In this document: piece by piece, positions 39,317 through 51,742 of the stretch
How positions within the stretch are numbered: the stretch's first letter is position 1
Layout: each line of letters opens with the position of its first letter
NCBI RefSeq assembly: GCF_001194135.2
Contig: NC_068990.1
Span: forward strand, 38,957,386 to 39,018,040
DNA: 60,655 nt
Source: Octopus bimaculoides
Lineage: Eukaryota
Reading direction: 5' to 3'
Notes under the pieces: generated by a model
What the model was told of the DNA's origin: nothing
The model's database searches: none
What the model saw: only the letters and a program-made list of their open reading frames with translations
Translations under genes and position numbers: made by a program

Positions 39317-39847
39317 NNNNNNNNNNNNNNNNNNNNNNNNNNNNNNNNNNNNNNNNNNNNNNNNNNNNNNNNNNNNNNNNNNNNNNNNNNNNNNNNNNNN
39401 NNNNNNNNNNNNNNNNNNNNNNNNNNNNNNNNNNNNNNNNNNNNNNNNNNNNNNNNNNNNNNNNNNNNNNNNNNNNNNNNNNNNNNNNNNNNNNNNNNNN
39501 NNNNNNNNNNNNNNNNNNNNNNNNNNNNNNNNNNNNNNNNNNNNNNNNNNNNNNNNNNNNNNNNNNNNNNNNNNNNNNNNNNNNNNNNNNNNNNNNNNNN
39601 NNNNNNNNNNNNNNNNNNNNNNNNNNNNNNNNNNNNNNNNNNNNNNNNNNNNNNNNNNNNNNNNNNNNNNNNNNNNNNNNNNNNNNNNNNNNNNNNNNNN
39701 NNNNNNNNNNNNNNNNNNNNNNNNNNNNNNNNNNNNNNNNNNNNNNNNNNNNNNNNNNNNNNNNNNNNNNNNNNNNNNNNNNNNNNNNNNNNNNNNNNNN
39801 NNNNNNNNNNNNNNNNNNNNNNNNNNNNNNNNNNNNNNNNNNNNNNN

Positions 39848-39900
<53 letters not shown>

Positions 39901-41344
39901 GTATGTATATATATGTATATATATAATAATAATAATATATATATATAGAGAGAGAGAGAAATAGATAGATTGAGAGATAGATAGAGACATACGTATATAC
40001 ATACATGCACACACATCCACATGCAAAAAATATATATACATTTGCATAATACACTCATTCTCCGACAAACATGCAAACGCATCTTTGTATATATAGCAAA
40101 GACAATCTAAGAAAATATTGGCACAATCAACCGCAAATTTACATTTTAATTTCTTACTTTAATATTTAGAACTGCATTTTCACAATAAATATATAATTAC
40201 ATTTTCCTCGTATATTTAATAAAAAGTTTCTTTATTGTGGTCATATTAGATTATACTTAATTCATAGAGGTGTTTGAAAACGAAGAACCAAAATAAGTTG
40301 CCCCGCCTCAGCTCTAGAGTATCCTGATTTTCAGAAATAAACATATTAGGCAGACATTCCTTGAACATTATATAAAAGACAACGGGCAAAATATAATATA
40401 TATATATATATATATCCTATGAATTTCAAAAGGGGACAATACAAATAAGAAAAATAGCGAAACATCTTAACTTGAAATATGAAGCATAGATATTAATTAG
40501 GGTAATAGTTAGATGAGTCTTAATTTCCAGAAAACGATAACGTACTTATGGTATAAGATGGATATAGCTCGGTAGGGATGTCATGATTCTTAAAATAATT
40601 TTGAACGGCTGATAGAGAGATGGACAGCGAAAGCAATTACATTGAGAGAGAAAGAAAGAAAGAAAGAAAGAGAGTGAGAGAGAAGGAGAGAGAAAGACAG
40701 AGAAGGAGAGATATGGAGATGGAGAGGAAGAGAGAGGCAGATAGCGTTTGTATTGTCACAGTAGAGATACACCGATAGGAAGAAATAGATGTAAACAAAC
40801 AGCTAAATTGAAATGAAATAAGCTTTCTTATTGAAAAGTATAGTGATGATGATGATGTGATGATAGTAAAAAACATTTGTTTGTTGAACTAAGTCTATAA
40901 TATTATTCTTCTTCTACCTGTTTTTTCACACTTTAAGCTTTAGATTGTTAGAAAGAAGAAGGTGGAGTGAGAGAGTAGGAGAAGGAATATGAGAGGTAGT
41001 AAGAGAGCAAATTGCCAGCCGATGCATTATGCTGTCATTCGTGTAGTTGGTGAAAGTGAGTGGAAGTGAGAAAGAGAGAAGTGTTAAAGACATGAAGGGA
41101 GGAATTACGTGGTTAAAAAATTTGTTGAAGATGTAGAGAAAAGAGAGAAATATAAAGTGCTTAGCAGATGGAAATTTTAAAATCATATAATATATTATAG
41201 TAACTGGAAGTGAAATAACTTTACAAAATAAAAATAAATTTGCAAAAAATCCTTTCTCTCTTAAATAGCTTCTCTTAATTTTTTTCGTTCTGTGGAATTT
41301 CCACGGGTCCCACTAGTAATAATAATATGCTAGCAGATTGTTGC

Positions 41345-41710
41345 AATTTTGTAAAACACTTGAAAAGTTAAGTAAATATGACCTTGAAATAGGTTTCAAA
41401 AATATGGCATCTAAGAAAAATAGCTGTGCTTGTAATCATGGGGGCTATAGGGACAATACGAAAAGGCACACTTAAACTCTGTTGAAATATCAGAAACCAA
41501 GACAGCACTACAAAACATTGTCCTCATGGGTACTGCGCATATCCACCCCATTCACTTCAAACGCTTTCAAAACTGAACTGTTACAAATTTAACAGAACCT
41601 TAGTTCTCAGATTTTGGCTTCCTTTCTGCTCAATATATCATCGGTAATTATAAATAACAAGCATAGTACACGACCAAGAATAAGAACAAAATGGACAACA
41701 ATAATTATAG
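41345..41710 (+). mobile_element. R4/Dong LINE subfamily Y 3' fragment
   Basis: EKLSKY.DLEI...WHL...VIMGAIG...LQNIVLMGTAHI, paralogous to 20833-21093. Confidence 0.75.
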
Positions 41711-41713
41711 TAA

Positions 41714-41925
41714 TAATTTCAAATGTTGGCACTAGGCCAGGAAACTTGAGGGCAGGGCGTTAGTCGTTTACATGAACACCAATACCTGACTCTACATTAT
41801 TTCATCGACCCCCGAAGGGATGATAGAGACAGGCTGAACACTTTTGAAGTCACAACAATTAGCCAGAAGAAATAACGCAAAACATTTTTTACGGACGTTT
41901 GTTGTGATTACCAATCCATCGCCAT
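41714..41925 (-). mobile_element. SINE family A, diverged
   Basis: TTTCAAATGTTGGCACTAGGCCAG ... ATCGACCCCCGAAGGGATGA. Confidence 0.6.
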
Positions 41926-41927
41926 TA

Positions 41928-41975
<48 letters not shown>

Positions 41976-42206
41976 TTGATGATGATGATGAAGAAGAAGA
42001 AGAAGAAGAAGAAGAAGAAGAAGAAGAAGAAGAAGAAGAAGAAGAAGAAGAAAAAGAAGAAGAAGAAGAAGAAGAAGAAGAAGGAGGAGAAGAAGAAGAA
42101 GAAGAAGAAGAAGAAGAAGAAGAAGAAGAAGAAGAAGAAGAAGAAGAAGAAGAAGAAGAAGAAGAAGAAGAAGAAGAAGAAGAAGAAGAAGAAGAAGAAG
42201 AAGAAC
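41928..42206. repeat. (GAT)n followed by ~70-unit (GAA)n
   Basis: Direct reading; explains the poly-M/K ORF. Confidence 0.97.
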
Positions 42207-43609
42207 TGAAGGAGGATATTTAAAATACAATAAAGTAAAAACTCTGGAGAAAAATAAACATCTTTATTTATCTTTGTCGAAAGTATATTATAATTTTAGA
42301 AAACTACACCTAAAAATATGAGAAATTAATTGAAAGATATAATTTCCAGATGACGAAAATACCGAAAGAAAAAAAATTATATAAATAGTAATATGCGGAG
42401 GTACGTGTTTATTCTTTAACACATACGCCCATATAGTCACACACACACACATGCACACACATATATGTAGTATATACATACATAAGTATTGCATATATAT
42501 TTTGGCATTTGTAAATTATGTTTATACATGCACACACATAGTAGCTCATATCCATACACACAAATTTATGTAAATATGTGCTTGCGCACGTGTGTGTGTG
42601 TTTGTCTGTATGTGTGTGTGTGTGTATGTGTGTGCGTGCGTGTGTTTGTGTGTGTGTGCGCGCGCGAGTGTGTGTGCGTGTGCGCATCACATAGCAACAC
42701 AAATTCGAATTCAAAATGTACGCCAGGCATTCACAAAACCCTACGGAATCACCCAGAGACTCACAGACACGGATTCTGACAAGTAAATGGATATTCGTTG
42801 GTGTCGACGGTGAGTGTTTAGTTGTTCGAAGTCCTGAACTACTTGCTTCTTGAACTCTAGACAATTGGACGGGCGTTCCACAGACTTTTACAATTAGTGT
42901 GACTCCGTTTGACGAAATTTGAACCATTGAATTACAAATGAAATCCATCTTATATGCTTCCACACAGTTTCTGTCTACCTAGTTTCATCCGCAAAGCTTA
43001 GTCGACCGAATGATTTGGCAAATTGTACTGTCTTGAGATGCCGTGCAATGGAATTGAAAGCAGCACCTCACTGTTGTGAACTGAGTTTCTTAACAAAGAC
43101 TCAGTCAGAATCACAGATCTTGTAAGGGTAAAAAATATATGTAGTCTAATATACCTATTTGTCATTCTTACCTTATTCCGTTTAGATCGTCTTATAGTTG
43201 AATTATATTATATTATGTTATGATATGTTATATTATTTTGTATTATAGTTACAGATTCCACGTACTTTTGATATTATATTCAAATTCATTAAGCAATTTT
43301 TAAATTTACGTCGAAAGCATTGTAATTCTGTTAAATTTAATGTTAAATTCATAAATTCGAGAACTTTTCTTCAGAGTTTTGCTCTGTAACATTAATCCGT
43401 GGCATTTTGGTGACTTTTGATAGATTCTGTTTCCAGGCTATATAAATGAATGATTTTCAAATACTGTTCCTTTTGGTTGCCTGCTGATGAAAAAGTCGAG
43501 CGGTTGTATGTGTATATTTTGTATGAAAGCGTACCCAAATAGATAAATTTCAGGGGAAAAGATATTTACTTACTTTACACTTCCCATACATACGACAGAT
43601 TGCCCGTTT

Positions 43610-43845
43610 TTACCTTCTGAGTGCAGATTCTGCCGAGGTCGGCTTTGCTTTTCATTTATACAGGATCGTGGAAGTAAGTACCAGTTGAGCAGCGGTATTT
43701 CGTCTGTTTTTACGGTTTGAGCTCAAATTCTACCGAGGTCCACTTTGCTTCTCATCTTTTCTGAGTCGATAAAATAAATACTAGTTGAACTCTGGGATCG
43801 ATGCAACCGAAGTTAAAATGTCTTTTGCTAAAATTTGAAACCAAC
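43610..43845 (+). mobile_element. SINE family A, partial tandem duplication
   Basis: Two consecutive GAG..CAAATTC..CCGAGGTC..CTTTGCTT...TACYAGTTGA segments. Confidence 0.75.
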
Positions 43846-44170
43846 TTATTCAGCTTGGCTGAATTTCAACTCACATTGTGGAGACAGGAAATGATATCGC
43901 AAGGCGTTTTGCCTGAGGTTTTAACAATCCACTCCACTGAGGATCAGGTATATGCCGATTCCTTTTCGTACATCTTTGGAGTAGCAACAGTTTTACTAGT
44001 CTACTGTGTACCAAGTTAATTAGAGAAAGTGCATGAGATTGCTCAATCTACAATAAACGGCGGTCAAATAGCCTTCCTAGCTTGAACACGTTTCACAATA
44101 GACTACTTTAAAAAGGGTTTATTTAGATTCATACATACAAGAATGGCTCATCTATACATGAAATAATTTT

Positions 44171-44375
44171 GGTCTCATATTTTCGCACAAGGCCAACAAT
44201 TTCGGGTAGTTGGGGTTACATTGACGCAGTGTTCAACTGGTATTTATTTAATCAACTTCGAAAGGATGAAAGGTAAAGTCGACCTCGGCGGAATTTGAAC
44301 TCAGAACGTAAAGACGGAAGAAATGCCACTAAGCATTTTTTCCGGCACGGTAACAGTTCTGCCAGCTCGCCAACT
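44171..44375 (-). mobile_element. SINE family A
   Basis: AAAGTCGACCTCGGCGGAATTTGAACTCAGAACGTAAAGACGG...TTCTGCCAGCTCGCC. Confidence 0.9.
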
Positions 44376-44807
44376 TATTATACAGGAAATGATATTGTCA
44401 TATTTATATATCTCAGTCTCATTCGCTTGATATTTTGTGGCTCGCTATCAGAATAAATAGCTACACTTATCAACCAAATGTCTGTTCCTGTTAAATCCAA
44501 GAACTGAGAAAACTGAAGATGGTCTACTTAGGATAAAGTAAAGGCACCATAGATTTCCTCAGAAGGATTCGAGGAGGAAATAGAGACTTTATTCGCAGCA
44601 CTTGCATTTTCCCACAAACAATAGAGAGAGGGAGACAACGAATGTATAACCATATTCATACACAAACACAAACACACACACACACACACACACATATATA
44701 GGTGATATGGTTATGGTGACAAAATAGTCCTGGTACGATATCAACTTTCTATATACTTATTTTCTCTCACTCATTCCTTTACTCAGTCTGTCTCTGTCTT
44801 TTTCCAG

Positions 44808-44839
44808 GAGGAGGAGAGTGATGATGATAATGATGATAG
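44808..44839 (+). CDS. Candidate 32-nt exon encoding EEESDDDNDD (host gene unknown)
   Basis: Long polypyrimidine tract TCTGTCTCTGTCTTTTTCCAG acceptor and AG|GTACGT donor; frame 0 is open. Confidence 0.3.
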
Positions 44840-45854
44840 GTACGTCCCAGAAATTTTAGACTGCAGTTCAGTACACTGAAGACTTTTGCAAACCATTGAA
44901 AAATGTCAATGAAACTCTTTACAAACTAGAGAGCTTTCTGGGATACTTTTAATGTATCTATATGTCCCACAATCATTCCTATGAGATTATGAAAACAAGT
45001 GATGTCTTCTCCGTCTCTCAAAATCTTGAACATCGATCACATCCAGTGGTATCTTAGCGCTAGTATGGACAGAAAATTTGACAAAGAAATTATATTCAGG
45101 AGCCATTTCTAAATATAAGACTACCATTCTGAGTATTGGCATTAAAATCTTCCCAATACTTACTTGGCAAATTAGAACTGCACTGTCAGACGAATCAGCG
45201 TGGAAAGTATTTCTTGGAATTTCATGAACATATATCAATCTTTCGCAGTGATGACGACAGAAAAAGCAACAATGTTGTTATTCCCTTAAATAAATATATG
45301 ATTAAATAAAAGAAAACAATTGAAATAAATGAATCAACCATTTATATTCTTCCATCACATTAAACAAATCAATACGAAATTTACCGTCAAACTGAACATT
45401 TCTTATTTTCTACCTACTTATCAAATGACCTTTTAAATTAGCAATTCTTATCTACATCTATTGTATGACAGAAGGGATAGGAAAGCTAAAGAAATGTCCC
45501 GTCTCCAGACTGCTGTTGTTGTTGTTTCTGCTGTGTCTGCAACAGCAGCAGCAGTTGATGTTTTTGTTGTTGTTGTTGGTGTCGTTTCTCTTGTTGTTGT
45601 TGCTGTCGTTTCTCTTGCTGTTCCTGTTGCTGTTGTTGTTGTTGTTGCTGTTTATGATGATGGTGCTAGAAGAAGTGTTGAGGATGTCGATGATGATGAG
45701 TATGTTGCTGCTGCTGATTATTACTTTGGCAAAAATGTGAGGAAATAGAAAGAGAAATATCGCAAGATAAAATTGAAAATAAAATAAAACGTGAATGAAA
45801 TCAGTTTAATAAAGAGCTCGTAGGAAATAATAATAACCATGATAATCCTCTCTG

Positions 45855-45962
45855 CTATAGACACAAAGCCGGAAATTTGGGGAGAGGAGACAAGTCGAAT
45901 GCACCGGTCCCAATGCTTCACTAGTACTTAATTTGTCGATCCCATACGTATGAAAGGCAACC
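45855..45962 (-). mobile_element. SINE family A 3' fragment
   Basis: GACACAAAGCCGGAAATTTGGGGAGAGG...TACTTAATTTGTCGATCCC..ATGAAAGGCAA. Confidence 0.7.
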
Positions 45963-45964
45963 GA

Positions 45965-47275
45965 ACCACTGATGTAGAAACCCGGAAGATACTAACCAGC
46001 ACAAATGATTTTCATATCAAAAGTGATGTAGACTGCCTCTCCCTTAAACGAAAGCTGGGAAGCAGAGGCTTACCATTGATCCAGACGGTCTTTGAAAGTC
46101 ATATCATATTTCTTCGGCAACATCTTTTAACCACCAAGTAGTGTCGAATTGCATTCCTTGACCAAGTTTGCACATACGAGGCAGATAATATGAAACTTAG
46201 AAAACAGCTCCTGAAGCAGCATACCTGTTCTGATAGCCTTTAGTATATGTCCAACGAAGTTGCACGATTTTACTGTAACTATCATTGGATAAAAGAATGA
46301 GTGTATATCAACAGAGGACCATGCATGGATATATTAGAAGAAAGTTCCAGGATGACAGTAACACTGATCACCAGAGCAATCTATCATGGGCCAATAACCG
46401 TATTATTGACTCTCACTTAGAAAGGTATGCGTTTGCAATCCAGGGACAGGAAATAGCAACCAAATACCTGAAGCACAAAAGGAACAGAGACGCAGGAAAA
46501 AGCAACAAAAGGTGATAATCGTGGCAAACTTTGTGGTGTCATTACCAAAGATATCACCCACAACATAAGCAGTTGTCCAAAAATGTCATCGTATTTTCAT
46601 TTACCGATGAGATATTATGTTGTGGCCGTGACACTGTATAATGCGATACATCGGGAGGGAAATCCCGTGGCCAAAGAAATAAGACGGTAGAAGTTATATT
46701 CTCTCATAATATGAAAGAGTACTGGTGGAATATCTCAGTGAAAACTTCAATAAAATGTAAACATAACACACCTATAATAATGATTTTGGACGAAAAAGAG
46801 AAACTATTTACAGTAGTAAAAATCAATTACCCTACAGATGGCTACACAAAGCTAAAGATCAACGAAAAGGAAAACGCCTACACTGAATTACTGAGAAAAT
46901 TGCAACTGTTCTAACTAGATTACAAGTTCAGGGGTTTTATCGGTAACTATTGGGGCACTGCCATACATAACCCACTGCCTAAGCACCAATTTTGAGAAAT
47001 TAGGCTTCTCAAGACCAGAAAGTTTAGAAGATAGAGATTCAAGCCATCAATGGAACTGTCAAAGCTTATAAAACTTTACAAAGGTTTATCATTTGGGTAT
47101 ATATGCGCACAATAAGAAACAAAACATAGAAAACTATATATGCAGCGAATACAAATAAAGCAAACATGCACTCATACATGCAGAAATACCCTGTTGATGT
47201 TGTAAAAATTCCAATGACCGAAACTTGGATTTAGGTCTGGAACCAGCTCAAGCACAAGAAATTAAACTGAATAAA
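45965..47275 (+). mobile_element. R4/Dong LINE subfamily Z, 5'-truncated: RT thumb, CCHC knuckle, RLE endonuclease, 3' UTR
   Basis: DVETRKILT..DFHIKSDVDCL.LKRKLGSRGL; MHGY; AFAIQ.QEIATKYL; KLC...DITHNISSCPKMS; EYWWNISVKT..KCKHNTP.IMI; GTVK. Ends at a (CA)n tract; many stops. Confidence 0.92.
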
Positions 47276-47781
47276 CACACACACACACACACACACACAT
47301 ACACACAAACACACACACACACACACACAAACACACACACTCAAATCTATGTGTGTATATGTATATAATTATTTGAGGAAAACACCTCAAGTACCTACTT
47401 TTAGAGTATCTTCAGCATGAATAATACACATTGGGAAGACCACCACGTAGACAGTGCACTGAGCCAGGGATGAAGAAAATAGAAAAATATCAATGGATTG
47501 CACCGAAGCACGGTCCTTTCCTCACACTGTTTTTCTTTTATTCTACCCAAAATAGGGATTAACGATATCAGCCAAGCCCGTTGGTTAGATTATTTTAATA
47601 ACGCTAAAGCGAGTGTTTGTCTTCGTATTGTGTATAATTTCAAATCTTTGTATTACATATGCGAGATTCTAACGTACCTGTATCTTATATTTAGAATGCT
47701 CCCATGTGTTCCCCCACCCACCTTCAGTATAATGTTTGATATTAATAAACAGCGTTATCATATTTGCTCTCATTCTCGTTT

Positions 47782-47831
<50 letters not shown>

Positions 47832-47832
47832 G

Positions 47833-47865
<33 letters not shown>

Positions 47866-47874
47866 GTACCTCTA

Positions 47875-48300
47875 TTATCTTCTTTCAGTCATTAATTTGC
47901 GGCCATACTGAAGCACTGCATTGACGCTTAAGTCGGACAAATCGACCGTAGCACTTTTTTTTTTTTGATTGCTTGTTTCTAATTTTATCGTTTTCTTTTC
48001 TCGAACCGCTAGGGTCAAGGACGTAAACAGAGCAGTGCCAGCTCTCAGCAGTGGTAGGGGACAGAAGCGAACACAAAGATACACTCATCGATACACACAC
48101 AAACACACACACACACACGCACACACTCACACATACCCACACATACGACGTGCTTCTTTCATCTCTCCAACGAATCCACTCACAAGCTTTGGTCGGGCTA
48201 GATATATATAACGAAGAATATTTGCCCAAAGTAACATGCAGTTGGACTGCACCGTGACTATGTGACTGAGACGCAAACTTTTTAACAGAGTCACACTGCA
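47875..48300 (-). mobile_element. SINE family B, diverged
   Basis: GAACCGCTAG..GGACGTAAAC, ATACGACG.GCTTCTTTCA, ATCCACTCACAAG.CTTTGGTCGG. Confidence 0.75.
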
Positions 48301-48380
48301 CACTTCACAGTCACGACTCTCTCTGTCTCTCTTCCTTGTCTCTCTTTTTCTTTCTCTCACTCTCTTTCTCTCTCTCTCTC

Positions 48381-48416
<36 letters not shown>

Positions 48417-48503
48417 TATATATGCATGCGTATATATAAATATATTTATACATATGTACATATATATATATATACACATATATATGTGTATATACATGTA
48501 TAC

Positions 48504-48536
<33 letters not shown>

Positions 48537-48551
48537 TATATATATATACAT

Positions 48552-48605
<54 letters not shown>

Positions 48606-49602
48606 TTGTATGTGTATGTATGTATGTACGTTTTTATGTATGTATCCATACACGTATATACATGCTCACATATAAAGGTACTTAACATTTCTATTCGTTG
48701 CCAAATGAGATAAATATGCGTTACGCATGAGCTCTAACAAGATCGAAACACCACCAGTTTCTTTCATCACTTGGCTTTAAAACCAGAACTTATTTATAAC
48801 TTTGATGTATTTTAAAAAGAGAAATTTCAAATACAGTCAATGCAGTCCTAAACACTGGGATCTTGCATAGGTAGGAAAACCTTTGATCAGGGGGTGTACT
48901 TGATTATATCTGATATCTGGGATTGGAGGACTCTACACTAGGACAAGAACAAAAAAAAAATAATAAACCAAAAATGACAAAATCAACAGCGACAGCAGAA
49001 CAACGTAAACAACAACAACAACAACAACAACAACGACAGCGACAATAATCACAACAGCAGCACTGTTATGTTAATATGGAAGTATGCATTCAATCAACTT
49101 TAATTAAATATGGAAATATTAAAAGATTTAATTAATCAACATCTGGACATTTTTTTCGAGGTTTCTCTGTATTAATTGTCCCACTGAAAGTTTTCTTGAT
49201 GTCATTGTTAAAATTGTTCCTGCAGTTATTGTTTATCATACTTCACTCATATAGCATGGTGGTGGTGCTGGTGCTGGAGGTGGTACTGTCACTGCTGTTG
49301 TACCTGTTGTTGTTGTAGTTGTTGCTGTTGTTCTATATATTCAGCTTATATTTTTTTTAAATACATTTTCTGCTTCTTTTGCTACTTTTTTGGTTTTTGA
49401 TGCCTTTTCACTTCCTGTAATTGTTGCTGGTGTTGTTGGTGACGTTGTTGGTAGTATTTAATGTTGCTATTGGTCTTGTCGTTGTTGTTGCTGTCACATT
49501 TAGTTTATCATTTGGTTTGCATTAAGTTGTTGATATTAATTTTTATTTTAGTCTAAGATATTTAATTGTTTCAATGAGGCTATTGACAAATGCAACACTG
49601 TA

Positions 49603-49631
49603 AGTAGTAGTAGTAGTAGTAGTGATGGTGT

Positions 49632-49669
<38 letters not shown>

Positions 49670-49892
49670 ATAGTGTTAGTAGTAGTAGTAGTAGTAGGAG
49701 GAGGAGGAGGAGGAGTAATTGTGATGGTGTTAGTAGTAGTAGTAGTAATAGCAGTAGTAGTAGTGATGGTCTTATTATTATTATTAGTAGTAGTAGTAGT
49801 AGTAGCAGCAGTAGAAGTAGTAGTGGTAGTAATAGCAGTAGTAGTAGTGTTGGTCTTAGTAGTAGTAGTAGTGGTGGTGGTGGTGGTGGTAT
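49603..49892. repeat. (GTA/GGT/GGA)n compound array ending at a gap
   Basis: Direct reading. Confidence 0.9.
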
Positions 49893-50774
49893 NNNNNNNN
49901 NNNNNNNNNNNNNNNNNNNNNNNNNNNNNNNNNNNNNNNNNNNNNNNNNNNNNNNNNNNNNNNNNNNNNNNNNNNNNNNNNNNNNNNNNNNNNNNNNNNN
50001 NNNNNNNNNNNNNNNNNNNNNNNNNNNNNNNNNNNNNNNNNNNNNNNNNNNNNNNNNNNNNNNNNNNNNNNNNNNNNNNNNNNNNNNNNNNNNNNNNNNN
50101 NNNNNNNNNNNNNNNNNNNNNNNNNNNNNNNNNNNNNNNNNNNNNNNNNNNNNNNNNNNNNNNNNNNNNNNNNNNNNNNNNNNNNNNNNNNNNNNNNNNN
50201 NNNNNNNNNNNNNNNNNNNNNNNNNNNNNNNNNNNNNNNNNNNNNNNNNNNNNNNNNNNNNNNNNNNNNNNNNNNNNNNNNNNNNNNNNNNNNNNNNNNN
50301 NNNNNNNNNNNNNNNNNNNNNNNNNNNNNNNNNNNNNNNNNNNNNNNNNNNNNNNNNNNNNNNNNNNNNNNNNNNNNNNNNNNNNNNNNNNNNNNNNNNN
50401 NNNNNNNNNNNNNNNNNNNNNNNNNNNNNNNNNNNNNNNNNNNNNNNNNNNNNNNNNNNNNNNNNNNNNNNNNNNNNNNNNNNNNNNNNNNNNNNNNNNN
50501 NNNNNNNNNNNNNNNNNNNNNNNNNNNNNNNNNNNNNNNNNNNNNNNNNNNNNNNNNNNNNNNNNNNNNNNNNNNNNNNNNNNNNNNNNNNNNNNNNNNN
50601 NNNNNNNNNNNNNNNNNNNNNNNNNNNNNNNNNNNNNNNNNNNNNNNNNNNNNNNNNNNNNNNNNNNNNNNNNNNNNNNNNNNNNNNNNNNNNNNNNNNN
50701 NNNNNNNNNNNNNNNNNNNNNNNNNNNNNNNNNNNNNNNNNNNNNNNNNNNNNNATATATATATATATACATAT

Positions 50775-50938
50775 TTACGACGGGCTTCTTTCAGTTTCTG
50801 TCTACCAAATCCACTCACAAGGCTTTGGTCGGCCCAAGGCTATTGTAGAAGACACTTACCTAAGGTGCTACGCAGTGGGAATGAACCCGGAACCATGTGG
50901 TTGGTAAGCAAGCTACTTACCACACAGCCACTCCTGCG
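50775..50938 (-). mobile_element. SINE family B, 5' half
   Basis: ACGACGGGCTTCTTTCAGTTTCTGTCTACCAAATCCACTCACAAGG...TACTTACCACACAGCCACTCCT. Confidence 0.92.
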
Positions 50939-50989
50939 TCTATATACGATTATGAAATGAATGACTGGTTAATATTCCACTGAAGGAAT

Positions 50990-51210
50990 GCCACAAGCCG
51001 ACAGAATCGTTACTGCGCACGGTGAAATGCTCAGCGGCATTTCGTCCTTCTTTACGTTCTGAATTCAAATTCCGCCGAGGAGGACTTTACCTTTCATCAT
51101 CTCGCGATCGATAGAATAAGTACCGGTTTAGCACCGGGGTTGATGTGTCGATGTAATCGACCTAGCCGCTACCCCGAAATTGGTGGTCGTGTACGAAAAT
51201 TTGAAACTAA
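50990..51210 (+). mobile_element. SINE family A (tail type i), diverged
   Basis: GACAGAATCGTTA..GAAATGCTCAGCGGCATTTCGTC..TTCAAATTCCGCCGAGG..AAAATTTGAAAC. Confidence 0.8.
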
Positions 51211-51337
51211 TATTCCACCAATGTTAGATTTGAAAATGGAACCAACAGGGAATGTGCCAAATGGCTGTGAGTCTACACAGGATGAGTGGTAGCATTTTCA
51301 TCGACACCAAATCAAAAACAAAAAAAAACTGAATAAA

Positions 51338-51742
51338 TAGGAGTGGCTGTGTGGTAAGTAGCTTGCTTACCAACCACATGGCTCTGGGTTCAGTCCCACT
51401 GCGTGGCACCTTGGACAAATGTCTTCTACTATAGCCTAGGACCGACCAAAGCCTTGTGAGTGGATTTGGTAGACGGAAACTGAAAGCAGCCCGTCGTAAA
51501 TATGTATATATATGTATATGTATGTGTTTGTGTATATGTTTGTGTGTCTGTGTTTGTCCCCCCAACATCGCTTGACAAACGATGGTGGTGTGTTTACGTT
51601 CCCGTAACCTAGCGGTTCGGAAAAAGAGACCGATAGAATAAGTACTAGGCTTACAAAAAATAAGTCATGGGGTCGATTTGTCGACTAAAGGCGGTGCTCC
51701 AGCATGGCCACAGTCAAATGACTGAAACAAGTAAAAGAGTAA
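51338..51742 (+). mobile_element. SINE family B, full length
   Basis: tRNA-like head TAGGAGTGGCTGTGTGGTAAG...GGGTTCAGTCCC, body GGCACCTTGG.CAA.TGTCTTCTACTATAGCC, internal TA/TG tract, tail GGCGGTGCTCCAGCATGGCC..AGTCAAATGACTGAAACAAGTAAAAGAG. Confidence 0.95.

Noticed and set aside
41844-42230. Poly-M/poly-K 121-aa ORF
   Set aside because: Pure (GAT)n(GAA)n microsatellite fused to a SINE remnant.
43480-43500. Other CTGATGA words (also 53075)
   Set aside because: No stem II-GAAA follows.
47190-47230. CTGTTGATG...CCGAAAC in the R4 3' UTR as a third hammerhead
   Set aside because: Stem II, stem III/NUH and stem I cannot be formed convincingly.
47555-47700. Possible plus-strand exon GINDISQARWLDYFNNAKAS; similar weak candidates at 51228-51266, 53769-53830 and 54531-54765
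   Set aside because: Splice sites are weak or phases are inconsistent and no recognisable domain links them; at this AT content such candidates arise by chance.
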